NCBI GenBank assembly: GCA_963662285.2 | Contig: CAXXMV010000002.1 | Coordinates: forward strand, 416,001 to 480,000 | Length of the DNA stretch: 64,000 bases | Direction: 5' to 3' | From: a bacterium | Lineage (GTDB): Bacteria; Hinthialibacterota; Hinthialibacteria; Hinthialibacterales; Hinthialibacteraceae | Translations under genes and position numbers: made by a program | The notes under the pieces: generated by a model | The model's database searches: none | The model's input: only the letters and a program-made list of their open reading frames with translations | What the model was told of the DNA's origin: nothing | Shown: positions 35,025-44,863 of the stretch, one piece after another | How positions within the stretch are numbered: the first letter of the stretch is position 1 | Layout of the letters: every line of letters starts with the position of its first letter

Positions 35025-36989
35025 CGGTTTTGGGCCTACTGTGTTGATTGTATGTTGCAGGAAGATCGGCGTGCGGGCGGTAATGAAGTCCCGCGCCATT
35101 TGGGCGGCGGCTTCCCAGTCTTCCGGGGTGCGTTTAGGATCGGAGCCTTTTCTCTCCCCCCATTTTTCCGATTCCCAGGGGATGGAGTCTTTGATCTCAT
35201 CAAGCCGGGCGTTGAGCCGGGCCAGCACATGCTCTTCGTTGAGAACTGTATCTAGATAATGGTTAACTCTTTGCCAGTAATAGGCTTGATAGTCTGGATT
35301 TTTTACTAGTTTTGAAAAAATCGGCCCGATAATGCTGTCACCTAATGCTCTATCGTAAACATCTACATCAACCGAGTAACCTCTTGATCCAGAACCAAAG
35401 GAATATTCCACATCCCAGGAGAAGAATTTCCATTTACCATCATCCGCATTTTCCCGTGCGCAAAGCCAGTTGTGGTGGGGCCAGTCATAGTTTTGCACCC
35501 AGACATTGAGCATGACGAATGTAGTGAAACTTTCCCGGTCGATTTTCTGGTCAAATTCCTCTAATCCAGCGGATGTTGAGAAATTGGTTCTTAGAATCCA
35601 TTGGGTAAACTCATTCCACAGGTTTGGATCGCCATCTTTAACGTCGCTGCCATCCGCCACAACAGTCCAGCCTTCGATACCGCTGTGTTGTTCCAGGAAA
35701 TCTTCTTCAATGCGTTCAGAGGGATTATATATACCCCAGTTCTCGCCATTGACGTATAGTTCTACGAATATTCCATCGCTGGCGGGTTGTTTCATATCCA
35801 AATGTAAATCGCGTACGACCTGATCGCTGACATAGATCGCCGTATAACGTTGCGATGCGTTGTCGTATCCCCAGGTATCGTTAAAACCTCCACGGATGAC
35901 GATCTGGTTGATCTTATCTACGCCCGCGTTGGGAAAGAGAGGGTATTCCAGGCGTTTGGCGCCATACTCAGAACGGAAATAGAGCCTGAATGATTTTTTG
36001 GGAGAACGGGTGCGAGATGCGCCTCCATGAATGCGGATTCCAGAATCTTCCTGAAATTTCCTTTCCCCATCCATTGTGAAGAATTCTACGGAGACTGGCC
36101 TTTCCCATGTTCTACCACTGTTGTTTGGATTTTGGTAAATTCCTGATGATCTACTATAAAGATCATCAGGTTCGGCTACCAGCGATAAGATTGGCAGAGT
36201 CATTTTCTCTCGGAAGATATAACTATGAGTCGCAATCGGGCTAGGCAGATAATCTTCGTGGAAAACCCGTGATCTAACTAATGTGGTTTGTGTAATTGAT
36301 AGCGGAGATTTGTATAGATTGCTTGATTGGATTGGTTCTGATCCATCCAGGGTGTAACGAATATCAGCGTCCGGGTCTTGAGTATTTAACTCAAGAGAGA
36401 CAGGTTGGGTGAATATTCCTCCAGTTATTGAAAAATCCGGGGCTTCGGCAAAGCCGATTATTCCTAAGGTATTATTGGCTTTATTTGGCGTAGGTTCGCT
36501 AAAGAACCGCCATTCCTCCGACCCATCCGGCTTCCGGCCAAAGGAGACGTCTTTTCTTTGTGCAGGATAATTAATTACGTCTAATTCCACGCTATCGGGA
36601 GAAAACAGCGCCAGCATTTCTCCATCGCGATCCAGGCGGAAATTTGTGTGATAGTTACCGTAATCGAGCAAATCATATCCTGTCGCCCAAACACGGAAAT
36701 ACCCTTTTGCCGGTAATTCCACTACGCCAAACATCCATTTGCCCGGCGCCAGAGGATCATCCGTCAGAGTATATCCTAATAGATTCTCGGCTTGATTGCC
36801 TGAATTGTATAATTCGATCCACTCTAAGGGAGTCCCAAACTCATCTTTTTGGTCTGTAGATGTCATGATTTCGTTGATGACGATATCAGTGTGACCAATA
36901 AATGTATGGGATAATATTAGAGCTAAGAACAATATTCTAAAAATATATAGCGGGGAAAGAAGACTTTCTTTTAGCAAGGTCAAATTCAT
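34995..36989 (-). CDS. Secreted CotH-family kinase with lamin-tail and Fn3-associated/chitobiase-like domains
   Basis: IVINEIM..WIELYN (LTD); IRYTLDGSEP; GIRIHG..SR...KKSFRL, NYDWPHHN, WDVEYSFG; ends VAVSNWQLY. Confidence 0.88.
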   Translation of the reverse strand: MNLTLLKESLLSPLYIFRILFLALILSHTFIGHTDIVINEIMTSTDQKDEFGTPLEWIELYNSGNQAENLLGYTLTDDPLAPGKWMFGVVELPAKGYFRVWATGYDLLDYGNYHTNFRLDRDGEMLALFSPDSVELDVINYPAQRKDVSFGRKPDGSEEWRFFSEPTPNKANNTLGIIGFAEAPDFSITGGIFTQPVSLELNTQDPDADIRYTLDGSEPIQSSNLYKSPLSITQTTLVRSRVFHEDYLPSPIATHSYIFREKMTLPILSLVAEPDDLYSRSSGIYQNPNNSGRTWERPVSVEFFTMDGERKFQEDSGIRIHGGASRTRSPKKSFRLYFRSEYGAKRLEYPLFPNAGVDKINQIVIRGGFNDTWGYDNASQRYTAIYVSDQVVRDLHLDMKQPASDGIFVELYVNGENWGIYNPSERIEEDFLEQHSGIEGWTVVADGSDVKDGDPNLWNEFTQWILRTNFSTSAGLEEFDQKIDRESFTTFVMLNVWVQNYDWPHHNWLCARENADDGKWKFFSWDVEYSFGSGSRGYSVDVDVYDRALGDSIIGPIFSKLVKNPDYQAYYWQRVNHYLDTVLNEEHVLARLNARLDEIKDSIPWESEKWGERKGSDPKRTPEDWEAAAQMARDFITARTPIFLQHTINTVGPKPVAVSNWQLY

Positions 36990-37128
36990 TCTCCCAGTTT
37001 ACGTATTTGTATATTTGTATTGTATATTACAGGATTAGTTAAATGTATCATAGCGGGAGTAAATTGTCATGAGAGATAGTTTGAAAAGGTAGTGGTAAGG
37101 GTGGCTTGTAAAACGCGATAATAACCCC

Positions 37129-37172
37129 GCGTTAGTTCAAAGTTCCCTTTTTCAGGAGTTTTGAACTAACGC
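37129..37172. repeat. Inverted repeat with 13-bp perfect arms
   Basis: GCGTTAGTTCAAA ... TTTGAACTAACGC in the intergenic region; no clear U-tract. Confidence 0.6.
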
Positions 37173-37213
37173 TTAAGCGCATATTATTCAGTTTGTTCTA
37201 ATAGATTTTGGGA

Positions 37214-39034
37214 CTATTTCTCTTCGATAGCAGCAATCGCTTTTTTGGCTGCATATTGTATATGCGCGTTATCGGTATAACGTTGGGCTGCTTTCATTAT
37301 GGCGGGGATGGCATTTGATAATCCTACATTTCCGATAGCTCGAATAACAGATTCCAATTCTATCTCATCATTGCTTTCCAATCTATCAAGTAATGATGGA
37401 AGTGTTGTTTCTCCAATATTGCCCAAAGCCAGTGCAGCATTTCTTCTGACCTCCCAGCTTATATTCTTGAGGCATTCGATCAGTGGAGCAATATGGCTTG
37501 CTTCTGATGAACGTCCGATCACGCGAACCGCCTCTGCTTTAAGTTGGGTGGTAACCGATGGGTCATCCAATACTTTTGCAGCTTCATTGATAACTCGCGG
37601 ATCAGCTGACGCTAGCTCATCGGCGGCGCGCAATGCTTCATACCGTAAATTCATGTTGCTATCGTCCGATACTGTTTGCAGCAGAGTGGGAAGAGCGTCT
37701 TGATTTTTACTGTGGGCTAATACCTGGATCGCTCGTAAGCGGACATTTTCGGAATCATCATCCAACTGTTCCATAATCACATTGATGTCTGGAGCGATTC
37801 GAAGTTCTCTGAATACCGCCAATGCGCCGCAACGCTGCCAGCAGGCGCAACCTATCCTGGCCAATGAGTCCAACGATGCCTTTTGTATGGCTGAATCTTC
37901 GTTGGCAGCAAGGCGCTTCAGCAGATGTACTGCTCGATGGTCTGCGAGTTCTCCTAAAGCTTTTATACTGCGGACGCGGATATTGATGGTTGCGCCATTT
38001 TCTGATTGTTTTAGCAAGTCATAAATAATCGGTAGTTTTAGGTTCTGGATTACATTTAGTATCTGGTTTGTAGCTTTATCGCGGTATTGAACTAAACCAT
38101 TAATAGCTGCCCGGCGCACGATAAAATAAGTGCTGCCAAGGTGTTCGATGAAATAAGGTATGGATGATTCATGCTTAATTTTCGTCAGCGCGAAGAGCGT
38201 GTTTTGCTTAATTGTTTTTCTGGAAGAGTAACGTATTTTTTCATGAAGATGAGGCAGCGCAGTTTCTCCGAATTGAGATACTGCTGCTATGGCTTGTTGT
38301 TGGATGTTTCGTGAGGAATCGCCAAATTCTTCTATCAGAGCTGGAATGGCCGATTCATCTCCAATCAAGCCTAAAGCTTCAATGGCATTTTTCTTGATAT
38401 CATTGTTTGAGCAACTCAACAGATTGACCAGTTCTGTAACCGAATCATTGTCTTTTAATTTGCCCAGAATATAAGCCATGGCTGCTTTGATCTGAGGGCC
38501 GCCGGTTTTTAAGAAATTCTGCAAAGTTGGTTTAATGGTGGAACCTAATCCCATAAAGGTATCAATCAAAATTTTCCGTAATTCCTGGTTATGAGTTGTT
38601 AAAAGGCAGACCATTTGCCGTGCGGTTTCGACGGACTGATTTTGCAAAACAAAATTAGATTGATTGCGGAGTAGTTTCAGCGCCTCATTGCGAACAATCC
38701 ATTCTTCATCATTGGTCAACTCGGCGATTTCCGGTGAAAAGCATAATTCGCCTATTTGTCCAAGAGCTTTTAACGTCGCCCACCGGATATGCGCATTAGG
38801 GTGATTCAAATACCTGGGTAATAGCATTTGATCGAAGGCTTTTTCTTCACCCACATTGCCAAGTGCAATAATCACGGCTTGGAGCACATCATCATCTTGA
38901 TCTTTGAGAGCATTAACCAGCGTCTCTCTTGCTTTGGGTTCATTGCATCTACCTAGAGCAAAGGCTGATTCTCTACGTTCGTTCCAAAATGGCGATGATT
39001 TTAATGTCATGATCGCTAGGTCAGGATTTTTCAT
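37214..39034 (-). CDS. HEAT/PBS-lyase repeat protein
   Basis: Many VR..A..ALG.IG repeats; internal CACWQRC segment. Confidence 0.85.
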   Translation of the reverse strand: MKNPDLAIMTLKSSPFWNERRESAFALGRCNEPKARETLVNALKDQDDDVLQAVIIALGNVGEEKAFDQMLLPRYLNHPNAHIRWATLKALGQIGELCFSPEIAELTNDEEWIVRNEALKLLRNQSNFVLQNQSVETARQMVCLLTTHNQELRKILIDTFMGLGSTIKPTLQNFLKTGGPQIKAAMAYILGKLKDNDSVTELVNLLSCSNNDIKKNAIEALGLIGDESAIPALIEEFGDSSRNIQQQAIAAVSQFGETALPHLHEKIRYSSRKTIKQNTLFALTKIKHESSIPYFIEHLGSTYFIVRRAAINGLVQYRDKATNQILNVIQNLKLPIIYDLLKQSENGATINIRVRSIKALGELADHRAVHLLKRLAANEDSAIQKASLDSLARIGCACWQRCGALAVFRELRIAPDINVIMEQLDDDSENVRLRAIQVLAHSKNQDALPTLLQTVSDDSNMNLRYEALRAADELASADPRVINEAAKVLDDPSVTTQLKAEAVRVIGRSSEASHIAPLIECLKNISWEVRRNAALALGNIGETTLPSLLDRLESNDEIELESVIRAIGNVGLSNAIPAIMKAAQRYTDNAHIQYAAKKAIAAIEEK

Positions 39035-39072
39035 GATGTTTCCTCCAGAATGGGCTTCTAATCATAAATATT

Positions 39073-39570
39073 TTAAGACCGCTCAATAATTCCGCAGCAC
39101 CTGTTGTCCCGGTTAACGCTTGATACATCGTAGGTGCAGGGGATATCAGATAAAATTTTCACGGCGGCGGCGAAACAGCCGATTCGGGCGCAGCTTAAAT
39201 CGCGGTGCGAAAAACCTTCATCTATTGAATATTTGCAACTCTCTTTATAAGGACAGACCAGGATGGTTATTTCTACTTTATTGGGATTAATTTCCTTGAG
39301 CTGAAAGGAACTGGGATCTTGAAATAAACCTCCTTGTACGCCTAAATTAATATAGTGCTCTATAGCTTCTACAATACTATGAGTCTTTTTTACTTCCATT
39401 CCATATTCATCCTGCAGAATCCTAAGCCATGCGCTGGTTGCGTGTTCGTAGGCGCGGGAACAGAATGGTTTGGGATATGTCCCATGAAAATCGCGCGCGG
39501 TTTCTTCCATTGCGTTCAACCATACTCGAGCTAAAAGCCAACCGCTTGATTCTTTGTTTAGGGTTTTCAC
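39073..39570 (-). CDS. Small Cys-rich V4R/MetOD1-like ligand-binding protein
   Basis: VEITILVCPYKESC...SCARIGC...C...CC pattern; GTG start with AGGAG RBS. Confidence 0.5.
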   Translation of the reverse strand: MKTLNKESSGWLLARVWLNAMEETARDFHGTYPKPFCSRAYEHATSAWLRILQDEYGMEVKKTHSIVEAIEHYINLGVQGGLFQDPSSFQLKEINPNKVEITILVCPYKESCKYSIDEGFSHRDLSCARIGCFAAAVKILSDIPCTYDVSSVNRDNRCCGIIERS

Positions 39571-39884
39571 TATTATTGCTCCTTATTTAACTAGTTGATT
39601 ATCAGTGTCGGCTGCTTAAGGCAATCTTTCTATTCAACGGCTTATTGATTTATGGCTTATCTTTATAATACTACAAAGAGCGCTTTCTGACGCATGAATA
39701 AATCCTATCTCATAAATCTATGTTTTTCTATAGTAATTCTTTAGAACGCCAAGTCAATTTATTATTAGTATGATATTCCTGTTTTGTATGCCTGATTACC
39801 CTATAATAATATGCATATATTACTGCGAATGACCTGTTGTATATATATTATATCATGGGAATCATGAATAATTATTTGTTTTAT

Positions 39885-39954
39885 AAAAAAAGCGGTTCTC
39901 ATAAGAATCGCTCTATATACAAAACGGCTAGTCTTGAATAACAAGCCTAGCCGT
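39885..39954 (-). terminator. Two tandem hairpins downstream of ackA
   Basis: ACGGCTAG...CTAGCCGT (39924-39954) and AGCGGTTCT...AGAATCGCT (39891-39912), each followed by a T-run on the minus strand. Confidence 0.6.
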
Positions 39955-39994
39955 AAGAATTATGTGTTGAATGTAGGTTTAATTGATGTGATGC

Positions 39995-41380
39995 TTATTC
40001 TTTCATAAGGCCGAGGTGTTTCAATTCTCCGCTAATATCGTCAACCGCCAGTTTTTTGCCGGTTTCCTGGTTGAATAAGGCCACTAATTCGTAGTGATTG
40101 ATATTGGGATTGTTGGCCCAAAGAAGAACCAGTTTACGCTTCTCGTCGTCCGTCAGTAATGCTTCATCCGATTCTATTGATTCAGATTGGTTCTTCATTG
40201 AATCATAAAGCGCGGAGGTGTCTCGTGCGATGGCCAGTTCTTCATTGGTTGGGACTATGAGAACTTTAACATGACCGGAGGAAATCAGTTGTGCATTCTC
40301 TTTGTTCTTTTTTTCGTCCAACACGATTCCCATGTGGTCTAAATTATCCAAGACCAATTTGCGGATGGTTCTTGAGTTTTCTCCGATTCCACCAGTGAAG
40401 ACCACGGAATCCAGTCCGCCAAGCGCAGCGGCATATGCGCCAACGTATTTTCGGATGCGGTAAGCTGTCATTTCCAGCGCCAGTTGATGCCGTTCGCTGC
40501 CTTCTTCGGCTTCCTGTTCTATTTCGCGCATGTCGTTAGATGTTTCGGTCAGTCCTAAAAGACCGCTTGTTTTGTTCATTAAGGTGTCGATTTGTTTACA
40601 ATTCAGGTTCTCGACTTCCATCAAATAAGGGATAATGGCGGGATCGATATCACCGCATCGCGTCCCCATGATTAAACCTTCCAATGGAGTGAATCCCATG
40701 GAAGTGTCAACGGAGTAGCCGTTTTTAACAGCAGTGATACTGGAACCATTACCCAGGTGGCAAGTGATCATCCGCATGTCTTTTAATGGCTTACCCAAAA
40801 TATCCGCTGCTTTCTGGGCTACGAAGCGGTGTGATGTTCCATGAAAACCATATTTTCGAATGCCGTGTTTTTCATAAAGGGCGTATGGCAATCCATAGAG
40901 GAAGGCTTTGGCGGGCATTTTCTGGTGAAACGCCGTATCAAATACGGCAACCTGGAACATCGAAGGCAAGGGGGCTTTGACTGCTTCGATACCTTTAAGG
41001 TTATGAGGATTGTGAAGAGGAGCGAATTGGCAGCAATACTTGATCTCATCCATGACCTTGTCGGTAATTACGACCGATTCCGAAAAACTCTGGCCGCCAT
41101 GAACCACGCGATGGCCTACTGCGTTGATCTCGTTCAAAGAAGATATTACGCCCTGTTCAGGATGGCAGAGGATTGATAGCACGAGACCAACAGCTTCGCT
41201 GTGATCCACGACTTCCCGAACTTCGCGGAAATCGCGATTACCCTCTGCTCGAAAAGAGAGAACGCCTGACGATGAACCTATCTTCTCAACCTGACCGCGT
41301 AATAGAGCCGTTTCGGTTTCGGTCTCAATCAACTGGAATTTTACGGATGAACTTCCGCAATTTAATACAAGGACTTTCAT
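39995..41380 (-). CDS. ackA: Acetate kinase with a C-terminal extension
   Basis: LVLNCGSSSVKF, GHRVVHGG, APLHN, FDTAFH, YGFHGTSH, HLGNGSS, FTGGIGEN, PTNEE. Confidence 0.97.
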   Translation of the reverse strand: MKVLVLNCGSSSVKFQLIETETETALLRGQVEKIGSSSGVLSFRAEGNRDFREVREVVDHSEAVGLVLSILCHPEQGVISSLNEINAVGHRVVHGGQSFSESVVITDKVMDEIKYCCQFAPLHNPHNLKGIEAVKAPLPSMFQVAVFDTAFHQKMPAKAFLYGLPYALYEKHGIRKYGFHGTSHRFVAQKAADILGKPLKDMRMITCHLGNGSSITAVKNGYSVDTSMGFTPLEGLIMGTRCGDIDPAIIPYLMEVENLNCKQIDTLMNKTSGLLGLTETSNDMREIEQEAEEGSERHQLALEMTAYRIRKYVGAYAAALGGLDSVVFTGGIGENSRTIRKLVLDNLDHMGIVLDEKKNKENAQLISSGHVKVLIVPTNEELAIARDTSALYDSMKNQSESIESDEALLTDDEKRKLVLLWANNPNINHYELVALFNQETGKKLAVDDISGELKHLGLMKE

Positions 41381-41437
41381 ATCTGCCTTTCCCTTTCAAA
41401 GGTGTTTTGCATGCGCAATATTGTTTTATGTAATGAA

Positions 41438-42454
41438 TTAACTATTGGCGCGGGCTTGCGCGGCCTGGGCCTGAACGCATGTTATTGCGACTGAATTATA
41501 AATATCGTTGGCGCTGCATCCACGTGACAGATCGTTGACCGGAAGAGCCAAGCCTTGCAGCAAAGGTCCATAAGCTTCGGCTTTGGCCAGGCGTTCCGTG
41601 ATCTTATAGCAAATGTTGCCTGCATTCAGGTCTGGGAATATCAGAGTATTGGCTTTGCCTGCTACGGTGCTGTCTGGCGCCTTGCGTTTGCCGATTGCTG
41701 CGATGATCGCTGCATCTGCTTGCAGTTCGCCGTCAATTTTAAGCTCGGGATGCTTCTCTTTAACGATGGCGGTTGCATTGACAACTTTATCAACTAGAGG
41801 ATGCTTGGCGCTGCCGTAGGTGGAGAATGAAAGCATGGCCACAACAGGTTCTATACCTACCAGCGCCTGGGTGGATTGAGCGGTTGCTACTGCGATATCA
41901 GCCAATTGTTCTTCATTGGGATCTGGAACAACGCCGCAGTCGCCATATACCAGTACGCCTTCTTCGCCGTATTCACAATCGGGAACGATCATCAAGAAAC
42001 AGGAGGAGACGGTCTTCATACCCGGCTGCATGCCAATAATCTGTAGGGATGCGCGAATTACGTTGCCTGTAGCATTAAGCGCGCCTGCAACCATGCCATC
42101 CGATTCACCCTTATGAACCATCATTGCGCCATAGAATAAAGGATCGGCTAAAATTTCCTGCGCCTGCTCGACTGTCAGACCTTTCTTTTTGCGTTTTTCG
42201 GCAAAATATTCGGCCCATTCACTCTTTTTGGGATGATTTGCAACATCGACTATTTCAATGCCGTCTAGAGAGACTTTTTCTGCGTCGGCGGCTTTTTGAA
42301 TTTCCGCAGGGTTGCCCAGTAACTGTACTACGGCGATTTTCTCGTCCGTTGCTTGACGAGCTGCTTGCAGCATGCGTTCGTCAGTTGATTCGGGTAATAC
42401 GATTCGCAGTGGATTGTCTTTCGCCGCCTGTTTAATCCGTTCCAATGGATGCAT
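41438..42454 (-). CDS. pta: Phosphate acetyltransferase
   Basis: IVLPE, SSCFLM, DCGV.PDP, AMLSFST, DGELQADAA, FPDLNAGNICYK, NDLSRGC. Confidence 0.97.
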   Translation of the reverse strand: MHPLERIKQAAKDNPLRIVLPESTDERMLQAARQATDEKIAVVQLLGNPAEIQKAADAEKVSLDGIEIVDVANHPKKSEWAEYFAEKRKKKGLTVEQAQEILADPLFYGAMMVHKGESDGMVAGALNATGNVIRASLQIIGMQPGMKTVSSCFLMIVPDCEYGEEGVLVYGDCGVVPDPNEEQLADIAVATAQSTQALVGIEPVVAMLSFSTYGSAKHPLVDKVVNATAIVKEKHPELKIDGELQADAAIIAAIGKRKAPDSTVAGKANTLIFPDLNAGNICYKITERLAKAEAYGPLLQGLALPVNDLSRGCSANDIYNSVAITCVQAQAAQARANS

Positions 42455-42457
42455 AGT

Positions 42458-42751
42458 TTATGGCCTTCTTTCAATCATTTTTTCTTTATGTTTACGAATC
42501 TGAGATTCGATTTTTCCTATAGATTTGTCGATGCACTCGCGGACATGTTCACCTTCTTCACGGGCATGCATACTTTTATGGAGCGCATGAACGGTTATTT
42601 CTACAATTTGTCCGCTGGTTCCACGCTCTAGTATCACATGCGCTTCACCATCGCCATGCGTGTATTTATCGATTTTTTGAATACGTTCCTCGATATATTT
42701 CTGCAAAAAGTCGGATAAGTCATGACCTCGGCTGGTTATTTCTAATTTCAT
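42458..42751 (-). CDS. hpf: Ribosome hibernation factor (short HPF/RaiA)
   Basis: M.LEITSRG..LSD.L..YIEERI.KI.KY; ID...KIESQIRKHKEK; AAGGAG RBS. Confidence 0.85.
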   Translation of the reverse strand: MKLEITSRGHDLSDFLQKYIEERIQKIDKYTHGDGEAHVILERGTSGQIVEITVHALHKSMHAREEGEHVRECIDKSIGKIESQIRKHKEKMIERRP

Positions 42752-43366
42752 CTCTCTGCTCTCCTTTAATTATCTTTTGTCACGAGCGCATTGACCCAGT
42801 GGTTCCGGCTTGATTCCAGGCCTTTAATTGTACATGCCCGGTGAAATTATAACCATTAGTCGAGTTAATATTACTATGTGTCTCTTACTTCGAATTATTA
42901 CTAATAGTATCTCAAATTATAAAACTTTCTTTTATAAAGCCTAAAATATTTCATTTTATTATATTATATAGTATTCCCTTCCCCTAATGGTTTATGAAGG
43001 CGAGTGAGTAGGTGTTGGTGAAAAATTATCTTATTCCTTTGTGAAACAAAAAAATAATATTTTGGAATGATTTGGTAAGGGGGAATGTGTTTAGCTGCCA
43101 ATATAGGTTTCATATTATATGAATATCTCAAATATAATTAGGTTTTAGTGATTTTGGAGCAATATTTCAACGAATTTCATGTCTTCGGACCTTAAGCCCT
43201 GTTTTTTCACATTTGTTTACTGGCGGCAATGTTTTTCAGAGGACAAATTGCCTCATTTGAATCTAACCGTATAATGATTTTTTGGTACTTATGTACTTGT
43301 TGAAATCGCAAATTGATATTTTAACAAGTTGATTACGCTGTTCTATCCTGCAATAATTCAATCACT

Positions 43367-44863
43367 ATGGTTTTATCCCCGAAACCCATGATTGTATTCA
43401 TCACTCCTCCCGTCACTTTAGAGGAACGATATGGCTCTTTGGCCTCATCGGGGAACTGTACGCCATGCCTGGCCTGTTTATTACTAGCGGCTATCGCCCG
43501 AGAAGCAGGTTATGATGTTGCCGTGATCGACGCCTCCGCTGAAAATTTAACTCTTGATGAGACCATTTCACGCATAGGTGAACTGGCGCCTGGTTTTATC
43601 GGTATAACCTCAACAACACTAACAATTCTATCGGCTGAACGAGTTGCAGTATCTGTTAAAAAACAATGGCCCAATGTGCTGATTGGCATCGGTGGGCCTC
43701 ATGTAACTGCAATACCTGAAGAGACGTTGCGACGCTGCGCCGATTTCGACCTGGTTGCTCTGCATGAGGGTGAACATACGATTATCGAAATATTGGATTA
43801 TCTACGGGATAATAATCGGGCAATGGATTCTATTCCGGGTATTGCGTTTCTGGAACCTGGGGGAGAATTGATAAAGACTCCACCCGCGCCGCAATTTAAA
43901 GACCTGGATTCACTGCCTTTCCCCGCCTGGGATCTTCTGCGAGATTTTCCTGATGCATATTCACCCGGATTCTTTAAGGTTGCGCAAATGCCATCGGTTT
44001 CGTTTGTAAGCGCCAGGGGATGTCCTTACCATTGCAGTTTTTGCGACACCAGCGTTTTCGGACAAAAGGTACGCAGTCATTCGGCTGAATATATGGTTGA
44101 GTTATTTGAGTACCTGAACAGCCGATTCGGCATCCGCGACGTAACTTTTGAAGATGATACTTTTATGTTCAATAGCAGGAACGTGCTGCGTTTCTGTGAA
44201 TTATTGCTCAAGAAAAAACTGGGAATGACCTGGGCCTGCAACAGCCGGTTGAATCTTGCCAAACCGGAATTATTGAAAACTATGAATCGCGCTGGATGCT
44301 GGCATATCAGTTATGGAGTGGAAAGCGGTTCTCAGGCTATTCTGAATCAGGAAGATAAAGGCATAACAATAGAGCAGATTCATCAGGGGATACAAAATAC
44401 CCGTGCTGCAGGCATCGCCGCCAAGGGATTTTTTATCGTAGGACATCCCGGAGAGACGCTGGATACGCTTCGGGCTACTTATGATTTGACGCAGCAGATT
44501 CCCTTCTCTGATATCAGCGTATCCTGCATGACTCCGTTTCCCGGTTCTCCACTTAGCAGGAATGCCCATGAATTCGGGGAATTTGATGATGACTGGACTA
44601 AAATGAATTTACTGACTCCGGTATTCGTGCCTCATGGTCTTACTGCGGAAGATTTGCAGAGTTGGCAGAAGAAGATTCTGCGTGATTTCTATTTCCGTCC
44701 CAGGACAGTATTGGATTACATGGGACGCATGTTGCGCAATCCCTCGCCGCGATATATTAAGGGGATAGCCGTCTCGGCGTTGGCGCTTTCAAAAACGGTT
44801 TTCACCAGGAATAAACAAAAGGATATATCAGCCAGATCAACAGCGGAGGATTGCGTTAAATGA
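43367..44863 (+). CDS. Cobalamin-binding radical SAM protein (class B methyltransferase-like)
   Basis: IGGPHVT, EGE, DLDSLPFPAWDL, RGCPYHCSFC, FEDDTF, GVESGSQ, FIVG.PGET, TPFPGS. Confidence 0.9.
   Translation: MVLSPKPMIVFITPPVTLEERYGSLASSGNCTPCLACLLLAAIAREAGYDVAVIDASAENLTLDETISRIGELAPGFIGITSTTLTILSAERVAVSVKKQWPNVLIGIGGPHVTAIPEETLRRCADFDLVALHEGEHTIIEILDYLRDNNRAMDSIPGIAFLEPGGELIKTPPAPQFKDLDSLPFPAWDLLRDFPDAYSPGFFKVAQMPSVSFVSARGCPYHCSFCDTSVFGQKVRSHSAEYMVELFEYLNSRFGIRDVTFEDDTFMFNSRNVLRFCELLLKKKLGMTWACNSRLNLAKPELLKTMNRAGCWHISYGVESGSQAILNQEDKGITIEQIHQGIQNTRAAGIAAKGFFIVGHPGETLDTLRATYDLTQQIPFSDISVSCMTPFPGSPLSRNAHEFGEFDDDWTKMNLLTPVFVPHGLTAEDLQSWQKKILRDFYFRPRTVLDYMGRMLRNPSPRYIKGIAVSALALSKTVFTRNKQKDISARSTAEDCVK

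Noticed and set aside
37129-37172. Inverted repeat as a MITE or IS end
   Set aside because: Only 44 bp, single copy, with no target duplication or transposase evident.
42752-43366. Searched for a RiPP precursor upstream of the radical SAM operon; found only short ORFs such as MSSDLKPCFF... (31 aa)
   Set aside because: No RBS or leader/core pattern; the region looks like AT-rich divergent promoter DNA.
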